Positions 19,437 through 29,154 of a DNA stretch of 64,000 bases are shown here, in pieces. The translations under genes and the position numbers were made by a program. The stretch comes from an uncultured Actinomycetes bacterium (GTDB lineage: Bacteria > Actinomycetota > UBA4738 > HRBIN12), in assembly GCA_963704725.1 (NCBI GenBank), contig OY969934.1:3040001-3104000 (forward strand). Reading direction: 5' to 3'. Every line of letters starts with the position of its first letter. The first letter of the stretch is position 1. The notes beneath the pieces were generated by a model. It did not search any database, was not told the DNA's origin, and saw only the letters and a list, made by a program, of their open reading frames with translations.

Positions 19437-20252
19437 GTGGTCCCCCCCGACCCACCGCCCGCCGGCCCGAGGATCGTCTGCTCCACGGTGAGCGTGTTCT
19501 CGCTGCCCCTGCACGCCGCCTTCCCGCTGCTGGCCGAGGCTGGGTTCAACCGCGTCGAGATCATGGTGACGAAGGACCCGGACACCCGGGACCCGCACCG
19601 GCTCCGGGAGCTCGTGGAGGACCACGGCGTGGCCATCGAGGCCATCCACGCCCCGTTCCTGCTGATGACCCGGAGCGTCTGGGGAACGGAGCCGGTGGGC
19701 AAGATCGACCGGGCCCTCGAGCTCGCCGAGGAGGTGGGCGCGTCGCTCGTGGTGGTCCACCCGCCCTACCGGTGGCAATCGAGGTACCGCGCCTGGTTGC
19801 GGGATCGCCTTCCCGAGCTCTCCGAACGGACCGACGTCGCGGTGGCCGTGGAGAACATGTTCCCCGTCCGCGTGCGGGGGCGGAAGGTCGGCGCCTTCCA
19901 CGCCGTCCGCACCCTCGAGGACCTCGAGGGGTTCGACCACGTGGTGTTGGACACGAGCCACGCGGCCGTGTCCGGGCTCGACCTTTTCGAGGCGCTGTCC
20001 AACCTGGGAAGCCGGCTCCGCCACGTGCACCTGTCCAACAACGCCGGCCGTGGATGGGACTCGCACCTGCCGCTCGAGGAGGGCGTGCTCCCGCTCGACC
20101 GGTTCCTCGACGCGCTGGCGGCCGAGGGGTTCGCCGGGTCGGTCTCGCTCGAGCTCGACCTCCGTCGCTACGCCGCCGATCCCGCCGCCCTGAAGGCGGC
20201 CCTGATCCGGAACCGGGAGTTCTGCGCCTCCCGGCTGCCCCTGCCGGCCTGA
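19437..20252 (+). CDS. Sugar phosphate isomerase/epimerase (AP endonuclease 2 TIM barrel)
   Basis: IHAP, VVHPP, AVENM, LDTSH, HVHLSN, SLE. Confidence 0.88.
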   Translation: MVPPDPPPAGPRIVCSTVSVFSLPLHAAFPLLAEAGFNRVEIMVTKDPDTRDPHRLRELVEDHGVAIEAIHAPFLLMTRSVWGTEPVGKIDRALELAEEVGASLVVVHPPYRWQSRYRAWLRDRLPELSERTDVAVAVENMFPVRVRGRKVGAFHAVRTLEDLEGFDHVVLDTSHAAVSGLDLFEALSNLGSRLRHVHLSNNAGRGWDSHLPLEEGVLPLDRFLDALAAEGFAGSVSLELDLRRYAADPAALKAALIRNREFCASRLPLPA

Positions 20253-20340
20253 TCGAGACCCGTCCGGGGCGGGTGGAACGGACCTCCTCGCAGTTGCGTC
20301 AGAGGGCTAGCATCCGGCTCAGCCGAGAGGGGAGAAGCTC

Positions 20341-22092
20341 ATGTCCGTTCGCGCCTTCCGTTCCACACGCGCGCAACGAAAGGTCGTCGCGGCGTCAGTG
20401 ATCGCCGTCGCACTCGCCGCCACGTTGCTCGCGGCTCCGGCACCCGCCGCGACGCCCTGCAGCGGCCCACCCGCGACCTTCCCCACCAGCCAGATGAGGG
20501 CCGGGATGGCCGGCGTCGGCTACACGGTGCTGCAGGGCACCACGATCGTCCCGTTCGACGTGGAGATCCTCGGCGTCCTGCCGAACGCCATCTACCTCGG
20601 CGTCGACGTGGTCGCCGCCCGGATCACCGGACCGGCGAGCTTCCTCACCACCACCGGAGGCGCCGTGGCCGGGATGTCGGGCTCGCCCGTGTACCTCGGA
20701 GGACGGCTGGCCGGAGCCGTGGCCTGGGCCATCGCCGAGGACCGGCAGATCTTCGGCCTGACGGCCGCGGAGGACATGGTCGGGATGTTCACCCTTCCCG
20801 GTGCGGCGCAGGACGGCTCGATGCCGGCCCGGCTCCCGCTCACGGCGAGCGTCCGCAGGGCCGCGACGGCCGCGGGCGCCCCGCTCGAGCCCGGCGCCAC
20901 GCTCGAGGCGCTCCCCGTGCCGCTCGGCGTCTCGGGGCTCTCCGGCATGCCGCTGACCCGCATCGAGCATCAGTTCGCCGACCACGGGATCGCCGTGCAG
21001 GCCTTCCGGGCCGGCTCGGTCGCCGCGCCCACCGCCGGCTCGATCGACCCGACCCGCTTCCAGCCCGGCGACGGCCTCGGCGTCGCGCTCACGTACGGCG
21101 ACGTCTCGTACTACGGCTTCGGCACCGCGACGGCCGTCTGCGGCGACGTCGTCATCGGGTTCGGACACCCGATGTTCTGGGGCCTCGGGCGCGTCTCGCT
21201 CGGGATGAACGAGGTCAACGTCATCGCCATCGACAACGGGACGTTCTTCGGGACCAAGATCGGGACGCTGGGGGCGGCGCACGGAGCCCTGACCCAGGAT
21301 CGGTTCTCGGGGGTGGCCGGCGTGTTCGGCGAGCTGCCGGCGATCGTCCCGGTCACGAGCGACTTCTCGAGCCCCGACACGGGCCTGTCGCGCGAGGGCG
21401 AGACCGATGTGGCCTGGGACCAGGACTACTTCGTGGCCGACGCGACGTACTCGCACGTGTGGTCGAACCTCACGTACGTCGAGCAGCAGGACGGGCCCGG
21501 GACGTTGGCGCTCGGGTGGACGATCTCCGGGACACGAGAGGACGGGACGCCGTTCACGATCTCGAACCGGCTGATGGGCTTCAACGAATCCACCGTGAGC
21601 TCTGAGGCGTACGCGCTCTCCAACGCGCTGTACACGCTGGCCTTCAACCGCTTCGAGGACATCTCGTTCACCGGCGTCGACGTGACCGGGACCGTCACGG
21701 AGGCGAACCTCACCGCGCCGATCGCGCGCGTCCGGGTCTCGAGCCCGCTCGACCCGTCGCTGCGGGAGCGCGGGGTCGTCCGGGCCGCGCCCGGCGACGT
21801 CGTGACGGTCGAGGTCACGCTGGCCCCGATCGACGGTCCTGCGGTCGTGAGCACCTTCAGCATCCGGGTGCCGCGGCACGCCCGAGGCCACGAGCAGGTC
21901 ACCCTCGCCGGGGGCCGTGGCCGTCTCAACCCGGGCCGCGACGTGAGCAGCCTCGACGAGTTGATCGCGATGCTGAACAGCGGCGACCACAAGAACGATC
22001 TGATCGTGAACGCGTTCGGGCGGGCCACGACGCACGTCCAGGACGTGATCGTCCGGGGACGGGGCGGCTTCTCGATCCAGGTGGTTCGCTGA
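20341..22092 (+). CDS. Secreted SpoIVB/S55 peptidase domain protein
   Basis: Signal peptide, AGMSGSPVY, GFGHP, QDR. Confidence 0.85.
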   Translation: MSVRAFRSTRAQRKVVAASVIAVALAATLLAAPAPAATPCSGPPATFPTSQMRAGMAGVGYTVLQGTTIVPFDVEILGVLPNAIYLGVDVVAARITGPASFLTTTGGAVAGMSGSPVYLGGRLAGAVAWAIAEDRQIFGLTAAEDMVGMFTLPGAAQDGSMPARLPLTASVRRAATAAGAPLEPGATLEALPVPLGVSGLSGMPLTRIEHQFADHGIAVQAFRAGSVAAPTAGSIDPTRFQPGDGLGVALTYGDVSYYGFGTATAVCGDVVIGFGHPMFWGLGRVSLGMNEVNVIAIDNGTFFGTKIGTLGAAHGALTQDRFSGVAGVFGELPAIVPVTSDFSSPDTGLSREGETDVAWDQDYFVADATYSHVWSNLTYVEQQDGPGTLALGWTISGTREDGTPFTISNRLMGFNESTVSSEAYALSNALYTLAFNRFEDISFTGVDVTGTVTEANLTAPIARVRVSSPLDPSLRERGVVRAAPGDVVTVEVTLAPIDGPAVVSTFSIRVPRHARGHEQVTLAGGRGRLNPGRDVSSLDELIAMLNSGDHKNDLIVNAFGRATTHVQDVIVRGRGGFSIQVVR

Positions 22093-22109
22093 GGCCGCCG
22101 GCGACGGTC

Positions 22110-22146
22110 CGAACGGGGCGGGGTCGCGACGACCCCGCCCCGTTCG
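22110..22146. terminator. Bidirectional hairpin terminator
   Basis: CGAACGGGGCGGGGTCG-CGA-CGACCCCGCCCCGTTCG, 17-bp perfect stem between convergent genes. Confidence 0.85.
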
Positions 22147-22159
22147 CGTTACCCCTGCC

Positions 22160-22777
22160 TCACTCGTTGAACGGCGCGACCAGGGGGTTGGTCCCCGCGT
22201 AGAGGCCGTCGGGGTTCGGGTACCACAGCCACACGTGCAGGGTCACCAGGTCCGGGTGCCAGAAGCGGAACGGAGCTCCGGTCTCGGGGCTGGCGGTCGG
22301 GCACGCGGCCTCCACGGCCTGGAACACGAACGTGCCGTCGCGGTAGTGACACGCGGCGCCGAACGAGCCGTAGGTCGCGCCCTCCAGCGGCGGCGTCACC
22401 GGCGTCTCGGTGAACACCCACTCCAGCGCGCCGAGCTGCCAGGCCGACCCGCGTCGAAGGTAGACCAGGGCCGCCGGGCGGCGGACGTCGAAGTCCGTCA
22501 CGGCGGGGTTCAGGTAGTGGTAGCCCATGTCCGGGATCATCCGCGTGATGATCACGTACCCGGCCTTCCTCGCGGCCCGCAGGTTGAGCGCGTACGGGGC
22601 CGTTGCCTCCCTCGCGCTCGCGAGCTGGGCCGCGAGCTCGGGCGTGACCTCCACACCGGAGCTCGGCGCGAGCACCCGACCGCGGGCCTCGTCGCCGGCT
22701 CCGACGGCGACCGACGTGCCGCCGATCGCGCCCACGAGCAGCGCGGCCGACAGGGCGATGACGAAGATCCTTCTCAT
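22160..22777 (-). CDS. Secreted hypothetical protein with conserved His motifs
   Basis: Signal peptide; MGYHY, LHVWLW, NPDG..GTNP. Confidence 0.8.
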   Translation of the reverse strand: MRRIFVIALSAALLVGAIGGTSVAVGAGDEARGRVLAPSSGVEVTPELAAQLASAREATAPYALNLRAARKAGYVIITRMIPDMGYHYLNPAVTDFDVRRPAALVYLRRGSAWQLGALEWVFTETPVTPPLEGATYGSFGAACHYRDGTFVFQAVEAACPTASPETGAPFRFWHPDLVTLHVWLWYPNPDGLYAGTNPLVAPFNE

Positions 22778-23010
22778 GTCGCTCCTCTCCCGTAAGGGTT
22801 GAGGCCTTCGCGGCCTCCCTGCGCGCGCTCGAGCAGGCTAGTTCGCCGACCGCCTCCCGACGGGGTGACGCCCCATACGGACGGAACGTGTCGTCCGTCA
22901 CTCCCGGCGCTCTCTTCGTCCCCGCTGCCGAGGCTCGAGGTCGTGGCCGTCGCGCCGACGCGCGGCGGCCGAGGCGGAACCGGTCTCCCGGCCGCTGCTA
23001 GCCTGCGCGG

Positions 23011-23163
23011 GTGCGCCGGGTCACGTTGATCACGCTCGTGTGCCTGTTCCTGCTGCTCACGGGGACGGCGATCTACCAGCTCGTGCTGGCGAACCGGGGC
23101 ACCGAGCGGTTCCCGGGGCCGGCCCCCGGCACCCCGCTTCCGACGACGTCGGCCACCGGCTGA
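23011..23163 (+). CDS. 50-aa single-TM small protein, leaderless
   Basis: TGcTAGCCT extended -10, 6 nt, GTG; MRRVTLITLVCLFLLLTG...; below the ORF-track cut-off. Confidence 0.65.
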   Translation: MRRVTLITLVCLFLLLTGTAIYQLVLANRGTERFPGPAPGTPLPTTSATG

Positions 23164-23170
23164 GGCGCGC

Positions 23171-23923
23171 TCAAGGACCGCCCGTCTGCTCGAGGTAGTT
23201 CTCGATCAGCCGGGCGACGTCCTCGCCCCGCGCCCCGGTGAGCAGGTCCGTCCCGTGGTCGTCCGAGGGAACGATCTGGAGCCCGCCCTTGGGAGGCGGG
23301 GACTGCTGGTACAGGGTCTCGGCGTCGCGGGCGGCCGAGGCGTCCCCGACGCCGGCGATGAAGAGCTTGCCCGCGGTGATCTGGGTCAGCACGGACGCGT
23401 CGGCCACCAATCCCTCGATCGAGACGGGCGCGGAGAGCGTGACGACGGCTCGCACGTCCGAGCCCAGGCGGCTCGCGGCCACCAGGGACGCCGTGCCGCC
23501 CATGCTCGCGCCGACGAGCGAGACCGAGGTCGCGCCCTGCGCGTGCACGAAGTCGATCGCGCCGAGGACGTCCTGCCAGATGGTGGAGATGTCGGTCTCG
23601 CCGCCCGAGCATCCGCCCTGCCCCCCGGGGCAGTAGCCGCGGAAGTCGTAGGTCAGGACGAGGTACCCGTCGTCGGCGAGACGCCCGGCGAAGGCGAACC
23701 ACGACGTCTGATCGGCCGGGCGCATGTGCGACAGCACCACCGCCGACGTCCCGTCACCGAACAGCCGGCCCTCGAGGTGGACGCCGTCCGCCGAGGGGAA
23801 CGAGACCGCCCGGGAGCCGGAGAGGTCGGGCGGCGAGCTCTCCCCGGAGCACGCGGCGAGCAGGGTCGCCGCGATCGCCCCGAGGACAAGGGCGCCGATC
23901 CGCCGGCGTGGGGTCGCGTGCAT
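23171..23923 (-). CDS. Alpha/beta hydrolase lipoprotein
   Basis: LAAC lipobox, GASMGG, DHGT. Confidence 0.88.
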   Translation of the reverse strand: MHATPRRRIGALVLGAIAATLLAACSGESSPPDLSGSRAVSFPSADGVHLEGRLFGDGTSAVVLSHMRPADQTSWFAFAGRLADDGYLVLTYDFRGYCPGGQGGCSGGETDISTIWQDVLGAIDFVHAQGATSVSLVGASMGGTASLVAASRLGSDVRAVVTLSAPVSIEGLVADASVLTQITAGKLFIAGVGDASAARDAETLYQQSPPPKGGLQIVPSDDHGTDLLTGARGEDVARLIENYLEQTGGP

Positions 23924-23943
23924 CGCCCCCCCGGGCCGGGTCC

Positions 23944-24045
23944 CTACCGGCCCTGTTGGCGCCGCTGCCAGCGGGTTCGCTTCAGAAGCTTCTTGTGCTT
24001 CTTCTTCCGCATCTTCTTGCGGCGCTTCTTGATGAGCGACGGCAC
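23944..24045 (-). CDS. 30S ribosomal protein bS22 (AURKAIP1/COX24 domain)
   Basis: MPSLIKKRRKKMRKKKHKKLLKRTRWQRRQQGR*, 33 aa; absent from the ORF track. Confidence 0.92.
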   Translation of the reverse strand: MPSLIKKRRKKMRKKKHKKLLKRTRWQRRQQGR

Positions 24046-24069
24046 GCGCTTCCTCTCTCGGTGTCCGGT

Positions 24070-24960
24070 TTACTCCGACCCGAACAGGTTCCGGAGGTCG
24101 ACGCGCTTGGCGCGGAAGCTCTCCTCGAGCCGGACGGACCCCAGTCTAAGCGCCTTGGGCCCGGCTGCCACGGGCGAGATCAGCCGCAGGACGCCGTCCT
24201 CCGGAGTGTGCTCGAGGAACCCCAGGCCCGTGTAGGCGCCGGCCCCGTCGGAGAGCCCCACCAGGAGCCGGTGCAGGTGGGCCAGGTCGAACATCGGGGG
24301 CAGGGCCGGCATGAACACGGTGGGCTTGACCCGGAAGCGGTGGAGCTCGGTGGCGAAGTATCGGGCCATGGACCGCTCCCGGTTCTCGGCGCGCTCGTCG
24401 ACCGTGGTCGGAACGACGCCCGGATGGACCGCCAGCGGCACGACCTCGGTATCGAAGAAGCGCTGGATCACGCCGAGGAGCGGGAGCAGCTCCTCTCCCC
24501 GCTGCAGTCCGACGACCAGGTCCGGCCGGAGCAGCTCCACCTTGTGGTACTTGAGGATCTGCCCCTGGATCCCGGACACGAGACCCGAGGTGTCGACGAT
24601 GACCAGGTCGGCGCCCTCCTCGAGGGCCGTGCGGTGCAACGTCGCGATGCCGGCCAGGATCGGCAGGAGATGACCCTCCGGCGAGGTCGAGCCGACGAAG
24701 GAGAGCCGGTCGGCGACGGCGAACCGATCGGGCTCCAGGTCGGCGGGGGAGGCCACGCGCTTCAGGGCGATGGTCGCCGGCGGCCCCACGGACTTCTCGC
24801 CGACGTCCGCGTCCAGGTAGGCCGGGGATCGGCCCGCCGCGAGCGCGGCGGTGAGCAGCGACCGCGAGAGCGTGCTCTTGCCCGTGTCGAGCCCGCCGAC
24901 CAGCAGGACCGTGTGCTTGGTCCTCACCGCATCGTCGACGAGCGCCTCGTACTCGTTCAC
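24070..24960 (-). CDS. Clp1/Nol9-like polynucleotide 5'-kinase
   Basis: GGLDTGKST, YLDADVG..VGPP, IVDTSG, RxxxR lid (ERAENRERSMARYF). Confidence 0.8.
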   Translation of the reverse strand: MNEYEALVDDAVRTKHTVLLVGGLDTGKSTLSRSLLTAALAAGRSPAYLDADVGEKSVGPPATIALKRVASPADLEPDRFAVADRLSFVGSTSPEGHLLPILAGIATLHRTALEEGADLVIVDTSGLVSGIQGQILKYHKVELLRPDLVVGLQRGEELLPLLGVIQRFFDTEVVPLAVHPGVVPTTVDERAENRERSMARYFATELHRFRVKPTVFMPALPPMFDLAHLHRLLVGLSDGAGAYTGLGFLEHTPEDGVLRLISPVAAGPKALRLGSVRLEESFRAKRVDLRNLFGSE

Positions 24961-25153
24961 GTCCGCCTCCGGGTCTCCCCGAAGGGCGGTTCGAGCGCGT
25001 GGGTGCAGCTATGTGGCCGTCGGGTCCCTCCGCCGGCGCGTCCGTACGGTCGTCTCAGGATGGGTGGATGCGGGCAACGGTGAGCCGTTCACGCGATCGA
25101 GCCGAGCCTTCGGGTCGGATGTGTGCATTCGGCACCCATCCTAGTCGAGGCCG

Positions 25154-26005
25154 CTACGAACGCGCTCCGCGCTCGACCTCGGGGAGGCGGCCGGCGATCG
25201 CCTGGAAACACGGCCAGTAGTCCTCCGGCCGGACGTTGTCGTCCATCACGATCACGGTCTCGGTCCGGCCCTGGGCCTTGGCCACGATCAGGGCGGGGTC
25301 GTTGACGTCGGCGATCGAGACGGTGTCGACTCCGCGCTCGATCGCCGCGCCGGCGAAGCCGTGGTCGGCGAAGACGAGGTCGGGCACCTCGTCATCGAGC
25401 ATCCGGTTCATGGGGTCGCCGCTGTGCGTGTGCCGCGCGCTGGCCTCGTCCGTGAGCAGGGCCAGCCCCTCGAGGTAGCGGATCTGCCACGGGTGATCGC
25501 GTTCCGGGTCCTGCCACCGGAGCGTGTCCGCCGGCCGCAGGATCTCGACGCCGCGCGCCACCAGCTCCCGTCCCACCGCCGTGTACAGGTGGGCCAGGCC
25601 GACGGGATGGCCGGTGGCCAGGATCACGCGCTCGCCCCGCTCGCACGCGAGCGCCAGCCGGTCGCCCACCGCTTCGCATGCCTCCAGCACCAGCTCCGGA
25701 TCGATCGGCACGGGTCCCGTCCGCACGCTCGGGTCGGGCACGAATCCGGCCGCCCGGCCCACGAGCTCGAGGACCTCCCCCGCCGAGAACGCCTGCATGC
25801 CCGTCATGCCGAATTGCTTGTCGGGATCGAGCTCCACGAGCTTGCGGATGTTGCCGAGCACATTGTCGAAGGGGTGGGTGACCTCCTCGCACGCGATCCG
25901 CCCCTCGATGATCCCGAGCACCAGCTCGGCCCGGTCGACCGGACGGGGGGTCCAGCGATCGTCGATCGCCGGGAGGCGGGCGGCGTGCGAGCCGATGACG
26001 TCCAT
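25154..26005 (-). CDS. Actinobacterial 'phosphatase' family protein
   Basis: LATGHPVGL, HTHS, DLVFADHGFAGAA, ADVNDPAL, MDDNV; typical neighbour of bS22. Confidence 0.8.
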   Translation of the reverse strand: MDVIGSHAARLPAIDDRWTPRPVDRAELVLGIIEGRIACEEVTHPFDNVLGNIRKLVELDPDKQFGMTGMQAFSAGEVLELVGRAAGFVPDPSVRTGPVPIDPELVLEACEAVGDRLALACERGERVILATGHPVGLAHLYTAVGRELVARGVEILRPADTLRWQDPERDHPWQIRYLEGLALLTDEASARHTHSGDPMNRMLDDEVPDLVFADHGFAGAAIERGVDTVSIADVNDPALIVAKAQGRTETVIVMDDNVRPEDYWPCFQAIAGRLPEVERGARS

Positions 26006-26046
26006 GCTCTCCACTGTACGGGAGCCGCACCGGTACGCTGCCCCGC

Positions 26047-26712
26047 GTGGACCTGCGAGGCGCCGTCGTCGTCGTGACCGGCGCCTCCTCCGGCATCGGC
26101 GAGGCGACCGCACTCCGATTCGCCCGGTGCGGCTCGGCGGTCGTGCTCGCGGCGCGACGGGTGGAGCGGCTCGAGGCGCTCGCCGAGCGTATCGGTTCGA
26201 ACGGAGCTCGCGCGCTGGCCGTGCGCTGCGACGTGGAGGAGCCGGCCGAGGTCAGGGCCCTCGTCGCGCGGACCCACGAGGCGTTCGGCCGCTGCGACGT
26301 GCTCGTGAACAACGCCGGGATCCCCGGTGGTGGGCCCTTCCGCGGGCTCGACGCCGAGCACATCGAGCGGATCGTCCGCGTGAACCTCCTCGGCGTCCTG
26401 CTCGTGACGAAGGCGTTCCTCCCGTCGATGCTCGAGCGAGGCCGGGGTCACGTCGTCAACGTGGCGTCGCTGGCCGGGCGCTTCGCTACGCCCGGATCGT
26501 CCGTCTACGGCGCGACCAAGCACGGGGTGGTGGCGTTCAGCGAGTCGCTGTACCACGAGCTCCGGCCGTTCGGGGTCCTGGTCACCGTGGTCAACCCGTG
26601 GTTCGTCTCGACCGAGGGGTTCCCCCAGTCCGACATCCCCCGCCGGCTCCTCATGCCGGCCGACCGGGTAGCTCGCACCATCGCCGACGTGGTCCGTCGC
26701 GGGCGAGTTCAT
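26047..26712 (+). CDS. SDR oxidoreductase; C-terminus apparently replaced at the island edge
   Basis: TGASSGIG, NNAG, YGATK; resemblance is lost near 26710 and the ORF runs on antisense to a PIN gene. Confidence 0.8.
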
Positions 26713-26795
26713 CCTCCCAGTTCCCGTCCGCCTCTCGATCTGTCACCGCCGCGATTCGAGGCGATCCCTGTCCCACGCGGTCATCGAAGTCGCGG

Positions 26796-26817
26796 ACGCT
26801 ACCCGGCGACAGTGACA
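26796..26817 (-). promoter_or_regulatory. PafBC/RecA-NDp-type promoter, orphan, before a 13-codon stub
   Basis: TGTCAC-N10-TAGCGT. Confidence 0.55.
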
Positions 26818-26895
26818 CAGCCCCATGGGCGCGCGCGTGGACGGCATCCGAAAGCCACGCGCTCCGAGGCCAGCGCCCTCTGGCCTATCGCCGAC

Positions 26896-27345
26896 CTATG
26901 GGAACAGGCGCCTCACGCGACCCAGGCGATTGACGCCGTAGATGTACCCGCCACTGGGATCTTCGGAAACGATCTGGAGGATCCTCGGGAGCGCTCGCAC
27001 GAAGGCCTGCCCCATCTGCTCACCCGTCATTCCCTTCGAAGGATGCAGGCAGAAGCAAGGCACTCCGGCTTCGATGACGGCTCGCTGTTCGCCTGGTCGA
27101 TACCGGATGCGATCGTCCTTCATCAAGACGACCCAACGCCGTCGACCGGCCTCGCGAAGCCAAACCTGGTCGTCCGTGTCCTGCGGGAAGACGTCGTCGT
27201 GAGCGATCACGGCAGCGTGGACAGCGCGGAGCCGCTCCGGCACTTTGCGCCGCCCCAGGCTGCGGTCGCAGAAGAGCTCAGGCTGCGAGGCGCTCGGGCT
27301 CGAGGAGCCTGACCTCGAGCCGGACGGCCGCCTGGATCTGGTCAA
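26896..27345 (-). CDS. VapC45-like PIN toxin (start uncertain)
   Basis: LFCDRSLG, DDQVWL, LMKDDRIRY. Confidence 0.85.
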   Translation of the reverse strand: MTRSRRPSGSRSGSSSPSASQPELFCDRSLGRRKVPERLRAVHAAVIAHDDVFPQDTDDQVWLREAGRRRWVVLMKDDRIRYRPGEQRAVIEAGVPCFCLHPSKGMTGEQMGQAFVRALPRILQIVSEDPSGGYIYGVNRLGRVRRLFP

Positions 27346-27985
27346 GGCTCAGTCCGTAGTCGCCGGCGAGGTCCTCGAGGGATTCACCGGCCGAGAACCG
27401 CGAGAAGACGTCCTCCGTCCGGATCCCGGTTCCCGCAACGACGGGAGCTCCGAACGCCCGCCGAGGATCGACGACCACGATCCCCTCCCCGGGAGCCGCC
27501 CCGGGCCACCAGCGGGTGGCGAAGCGGTCCCGCCCCCACTCCATCTCGCGGAGGTAGCGCATGACGGCTTCAGGAAACGCCTTCTGCCCGCCCCGGCTGA
27601 GGTTCACGAGATGCACCTCACCAGCCGACTTCTGCTGGTACTCCCAGAAGAGCTCCTTGCCGTCGGTGAGGATCCGCTCGCTGGCCAGAAGGTGGTCTGC
27701 ATTCGTGTGGCGAGCGGCGTACTCGAGGGCCTTCCGGACCCGCTGCATCGGCACGCCGATCTGACGAAAGCCCGCGAGGGTCAGCGCCTCCATGAGGTTG
27801 ATGAACGAGAGCACGCGGGAGGACTCGCTCGTCGGTGCGATCACGGGCTTCGCCCTCGCGACGCCGCCGCTGACGGGGTACCGGTAGCCCTTGACCCAGT
27901 TCTCGAGGGTTCTCCGCGGGACCCGCGCAAGCCGAGCCGCCTCCGGCAGCGCGTAGAGCTCGAGATCGAAGCGAGGATCGGTCAT
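27278..27985 (-). CDS. VapB45-like antitoxin (HTH + DUF433)
   Basis: LSFINLMEA, VDPRRAFGAPVV, AGESLEDLAGDYGL; preceded by TGTCGG-N10-AAGGAT (27996-28017). Confidence 0.88.
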   Translation of the reverse strand: MTDPRFDLELYALPEAARLARVPRRTLENWVKGYRYPVSGGVARAKPVIAPTSESSRVLSFINLMEALTLAGFRQIGVPMQRVRKALEYAARHTNADHLLASERILTDGKELFWEYQQKSAGEVHLVNLSRGGQKAFPEAVMRYLREMEWGRDRFATRWWPGAAPGEGIVVVDPRRAFGAPVVAGTGIRTEDVFSRFSAGESLEDLAGDYGLSLDQIQAAVRLEVRLLEPERLAA

Positions 27986-28173
27986 CTCGGCGCGGATCCT
28001 TCCATGAGCCACCGACACGGCCGTCCGAAGCATACGGGCTGGCGTCGTAGCCACACGTAGGTGGCGAGCCATCAGGCCGATCGAGCCTCGCGGCCCACAA
28101 CCCGCGAGCCAGGCGATATCCATTTCGGTATCGGCCTCGGCGCCGAAGCCCGAACGCGGGTGATACTCCCCCC

Positions 28174-29092
28174 GTGGTCCGCCCCGCCGACGACGACGAT
28201 CGCCTCCGAGCCTCGGCCTTCGCGTTCCTCGCGGGGCTCGCCACCAAAGCCGGCGTCGTCTCCTGGCACGACCTCCAGCGGTTCGAGCACGAGGGCCGCC
28301 GGATCCCGCTCGTCGGCCAGACCGGCATCCGCAAGGTGCGCGGGTACGAGGCCGCCCTGACGATCCTCACGACCTACCGCCTCCGCCCGCAGGACCGCCC
28401 GTACGAGGACGACATCGGGGCGGACGGCTACCCGAGATACAAGTGGCGCGGCACCGACGCCGGTCACGCCGACAACCTCGCGCTCCGCCGGGCGATGGAG
28501 CTCGGCAAGCCGCTCGCGTGGCTCGAGGGCGTCGAGCCCGGCGTCTACCTCGTCCACGTCCCCGTCTGGCTCGTCGACGAGGAGCCCGAGCGGCACCAGT
28601 TCGTCCTGGCGCTCGACGAGACCATGCGCGAGCAGTGGCGGCCGGAGGCGCTCCTGACCGCCCCGGACCTCGCCCTGCGGCGCGAGTACGCCCAGGCGGT
28701 GGTCCGCCGGCGGCTGCACCAGCCGATGTTCCGCCGGCGCGTGCTCGCGGCCTACCGGACCCAGTGCGCGCTCTGCCGGCTCCGCCACGGCGAGCTCCTG
28801 GACGCTGCGCACATCAAGGAGGACTCAGACGGCGGCGAGCCGGTCGTCCCGAACGGGATCGCGATGTGCGCGATCCACCACCGCGCGTTCGACTCGTTCG
28901 TGCTCGGCGTGCGCCCCGACTACGTGATCGAGGTCCGCCGCGACGTGCTCGACGAGGCGGACGGCCCGACGCTCCGCCACGCGCTCCAGGGCGTCCACGG
29001 CTCGAGCCTGCTCGTGCCATCGAGGCGCTTGGCGAGGCCGGATCCCGGAGTTGCTCGAGGCGCGCTACGAGCGGTTCCGGGCGGCCGGCTGA
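28174..29092 (+). CDS. HNH putative restriction endonuclease (frameshift near 29045)
   Basis: RLHQPMFR, CALC, DAAHI, NGIAMCAIHHRAFD; N-terminal PYED motif. Confidence 0.88.
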
Positions 29093-29154
29093 CGAGCCAC
29101 GGGGGACGGTAAGAACACTAAAGTCTTTAATGTACATGCTATGCTCTGGCCACC

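Noticed and set aside
26047-27312. 421-aa extended SDR
   Set aside because: The extension is read-through antisense to the VapC45-like gene
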